64,000 nucleotides of DNA. It comes from Rhodosorus marinus CCMP1338 (lineage: Eukaryota; Plantae; Rhodophyta). The stretch spans positions 1,178,001-1,242,000 of the forward strand of contig JAMWBK010000004.1 in assembly GCA_029953675.1 (NCBI GenBank). The letters are read 5' to 3'. The translations under genes and the position numbers were made by a program. The notes under the pieces were generated by a model. It was not told the origin of the DNA. It saw only the letters and a list, made by a program, of their open reading frames with translations, and ran no database searches. This document shows positions 61,944 to 64,000 of the stretch, piece after piece; position 1 is the first letter of the stretch; every line of letters starts with the position of its first letter.

Positions 61944-63205
61944 TCACATTCCCATCCTTGAACGACCCCGGTCAGCCTGAATATGCCGAGTTAAATAGAG
62001 CCACGGAGTGGATTCTTTCAGAAACCAATCTGAATAGGATTGAGTATTAAGCCTAGTCTTACCCGCAGATTCGGCAAGCACATCAAACGCTGGGACCTTT
62101 GCCTTGTCTTCGTCAACAACAAAAATTCGTCCCTCCGGTACCTTAAAGTCGTCCCGAAGGAACGCAGCCATCGTGGCCATGCGATCTCCTTGAATCTCTA
62201 GAGTGTCACGTTGGTCGGGAGCCTGTAAAAGATGTGATTGTAAGAGCTCGGCAAGTTTCCTCATCTGGAAAGCAACAGCCTGAAAGTAGCCGCCGCTGAA
62301 GGGAAGTAACAACACACTCACCTTCACGGCGGAAGCTCCACAGGAGAACTTTTTCTTGCAGACTTTTGCCACTTCCGGAATCTTCATGCCGAAGAGATCA
62401 AGGCCGTATACGATCTGGGTAACCGATAGAGAACCAACAGAAACTCATAAGTTCGCGGCACAACTCTTGAACGGATCTTTCGGCTCTAAAAGACTGTGCG
62501 CATTTCACTATCGTCGCTTTCTCGATGAGCTCGGACGTACAGTAACCTGCTTCCTTCCCTTTCGAGCGCTTTTCTGAATGACAATTTCAGGTTCAATGGC
62601 AACTCGTTTCTTCTTCTTCGACTCCTGAAAGGCGGATAACAGCATGTGGTCAGTTGCTTTTTTTCATTGCCAGAGAGCTCGGCTAGCAGTCCTGGATTGT
62701 GTTTTATGGTTTCTCACTTTTCCATCTTTCGCTGAACTCTTGGAAATTTTCGCACCGGCCAAGCTGGAGATATTCGAGAGACGAGAAATCAGGTTAGGGA
62801 ATTTCACAGCCGATCATCATCTCTCTATGACGAAACCAGCTCACTTCTCGGCGAGGGAACCGTCAACTTCCTCGAGTTTGAGATCGGGATACATTTCAGG
62901 AACGGTTACCGCCAGCCATGGTTTACATCTTAACCAAATCCCGAGAGAGCCAAGAAAAGAGTTCATTATGTGATACCGTAACACATTCTATATACGAAAT
63001 CCATCAAAAATAAAAAACGCAATCGAAACCAAGCATCATTCTTCATAGACAAAGGACCAGTTGTATCCCTCTCGTACCTATCAAAGTCCTGTGGAGTGTT
63101 GTACTCACACAGCTCAGGGGGCATCCCGCAGACACCACAATACAAGACCTGCATCGGATATCTAGGATCCTTCTCCTGAACCGTAACCACCTCCTCTCCA
63201 TCCAT
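61944..63205 (-). CDS. DENR: DENR/Tma22 translation reinitiation factor (SUI1 domain), multi-intron
   Basis: Exon 1 VLYCGVCGMPPELCEY. Later exons KPWL...YPDL, RKGRKQVT, GLDLFGMKIPEVAKVCKKKFSCGAS and LEIQGD. The 3' end is uncertain. Confidence 0.85.
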
Positions 63206-64000
63206 TGTCAGAAGATCTGTTCCTTCGGCGACTAAAGTAATTACACGAGTTGCTGTCTTAGCTATTCGCTTGCTCTCACCAGTTCCACTTTCTAGCAGTC
63301 GCCAACGACCTCCCCGCTACCCGTTCCCTGTGCAAAAAAAAAGCAGTACAATCGCTTCGGGAAGCGAGGGGAAGTTTATGGCGGTGTTCGCGTAGGTGAA
63401 GTTGGTGTCGTATGGCTTTTTTCCACTGCCCGTTGAGAATCGGATTCGAATCGTCTTTGGAGAGGCGCTTCCGTTCGACGTAAAAGTGCAGTCCTATCGA
63501 ACGAAATTGCCTGCTTTTCTCCTCACTTACGCGTTTTAAGACTGACTTCCTGGCAAACTGTTGGGAATTGAAGGACGCCGGGCACCGATCGGATTTCGTC
63601 ACGGATTTCTGACTGTGAACGGAGTGGATATCAGTCACTTGCATCTTCTACATTTCTACGCAACATTTTCATACCACGGTGAAATCCAGGAGTGATCCGG
63701 GTCGTCGCTTCCACAACGTAGGCAATCCAACAACCCGTACTCCCTTGGCTGGATTTTCTCTAGGGCCGCTCTTAGGTCGCATCAAGTCAAGGCATATCAC
63801 AGCAGACATAGGTCGTAGCGAGCCTTTCCATGAGGATAAGTGGACCCAAATAGCCTGCCCGATAGCAATCTCAACTGTCTCTAGAGGTCTTTTGGTGGGT
63901 GTGTATCCTCTGCTCTTTTCCCAATGTTTCTGCAAGTTGCGGCGGGGACTCTTGCTCAGCTTTTTCCTTCGGACGCATCGGCGTTGCAACCATTTGACAA

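Overview
Eukaryotic nuclear DNA, shown by short GT-AG spliceosomal introns. An MAFV-type plastid presequence on monodehydroascorbate reductase suggests a red alga, but that is inference. The left ~48 kb is a tandem array of four intronless amino-acid permease (AAAP) paralogs interleaved with more than 20 pieces of restriction-like-endonuclease (RLE) non-LTR retrotransposons resembling the CRE clade. Family A has one full-length two-ORF copy (1285-6035, 10-bp TSD) and an (ATTC)n tail. Family B has a 3' hairpin and an (AGTAAAGTCC)n tail. There is also an internally deleted element, several pseudogenes and a copia remnant. The right ~16 kb holds ordinary genes: an unknown 770-aa membrane protein, an SGNH hydrolase, a SHAQKYF MYB factor and DENR. 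The most striking object is a ~199-bp TSD-flanked insert (33897-34095) in which an apparently complete U5 snRNA copy lies between two family-B 3' ends. Tail-only micro-insertions and tail sequence at 5' junctions point to microhomology-primed integration and end-to-end template jumping by these elements. All calls were made by eye from the sequence and ORF track, with no database searches; boundaries of degenerate pieces are approximate.
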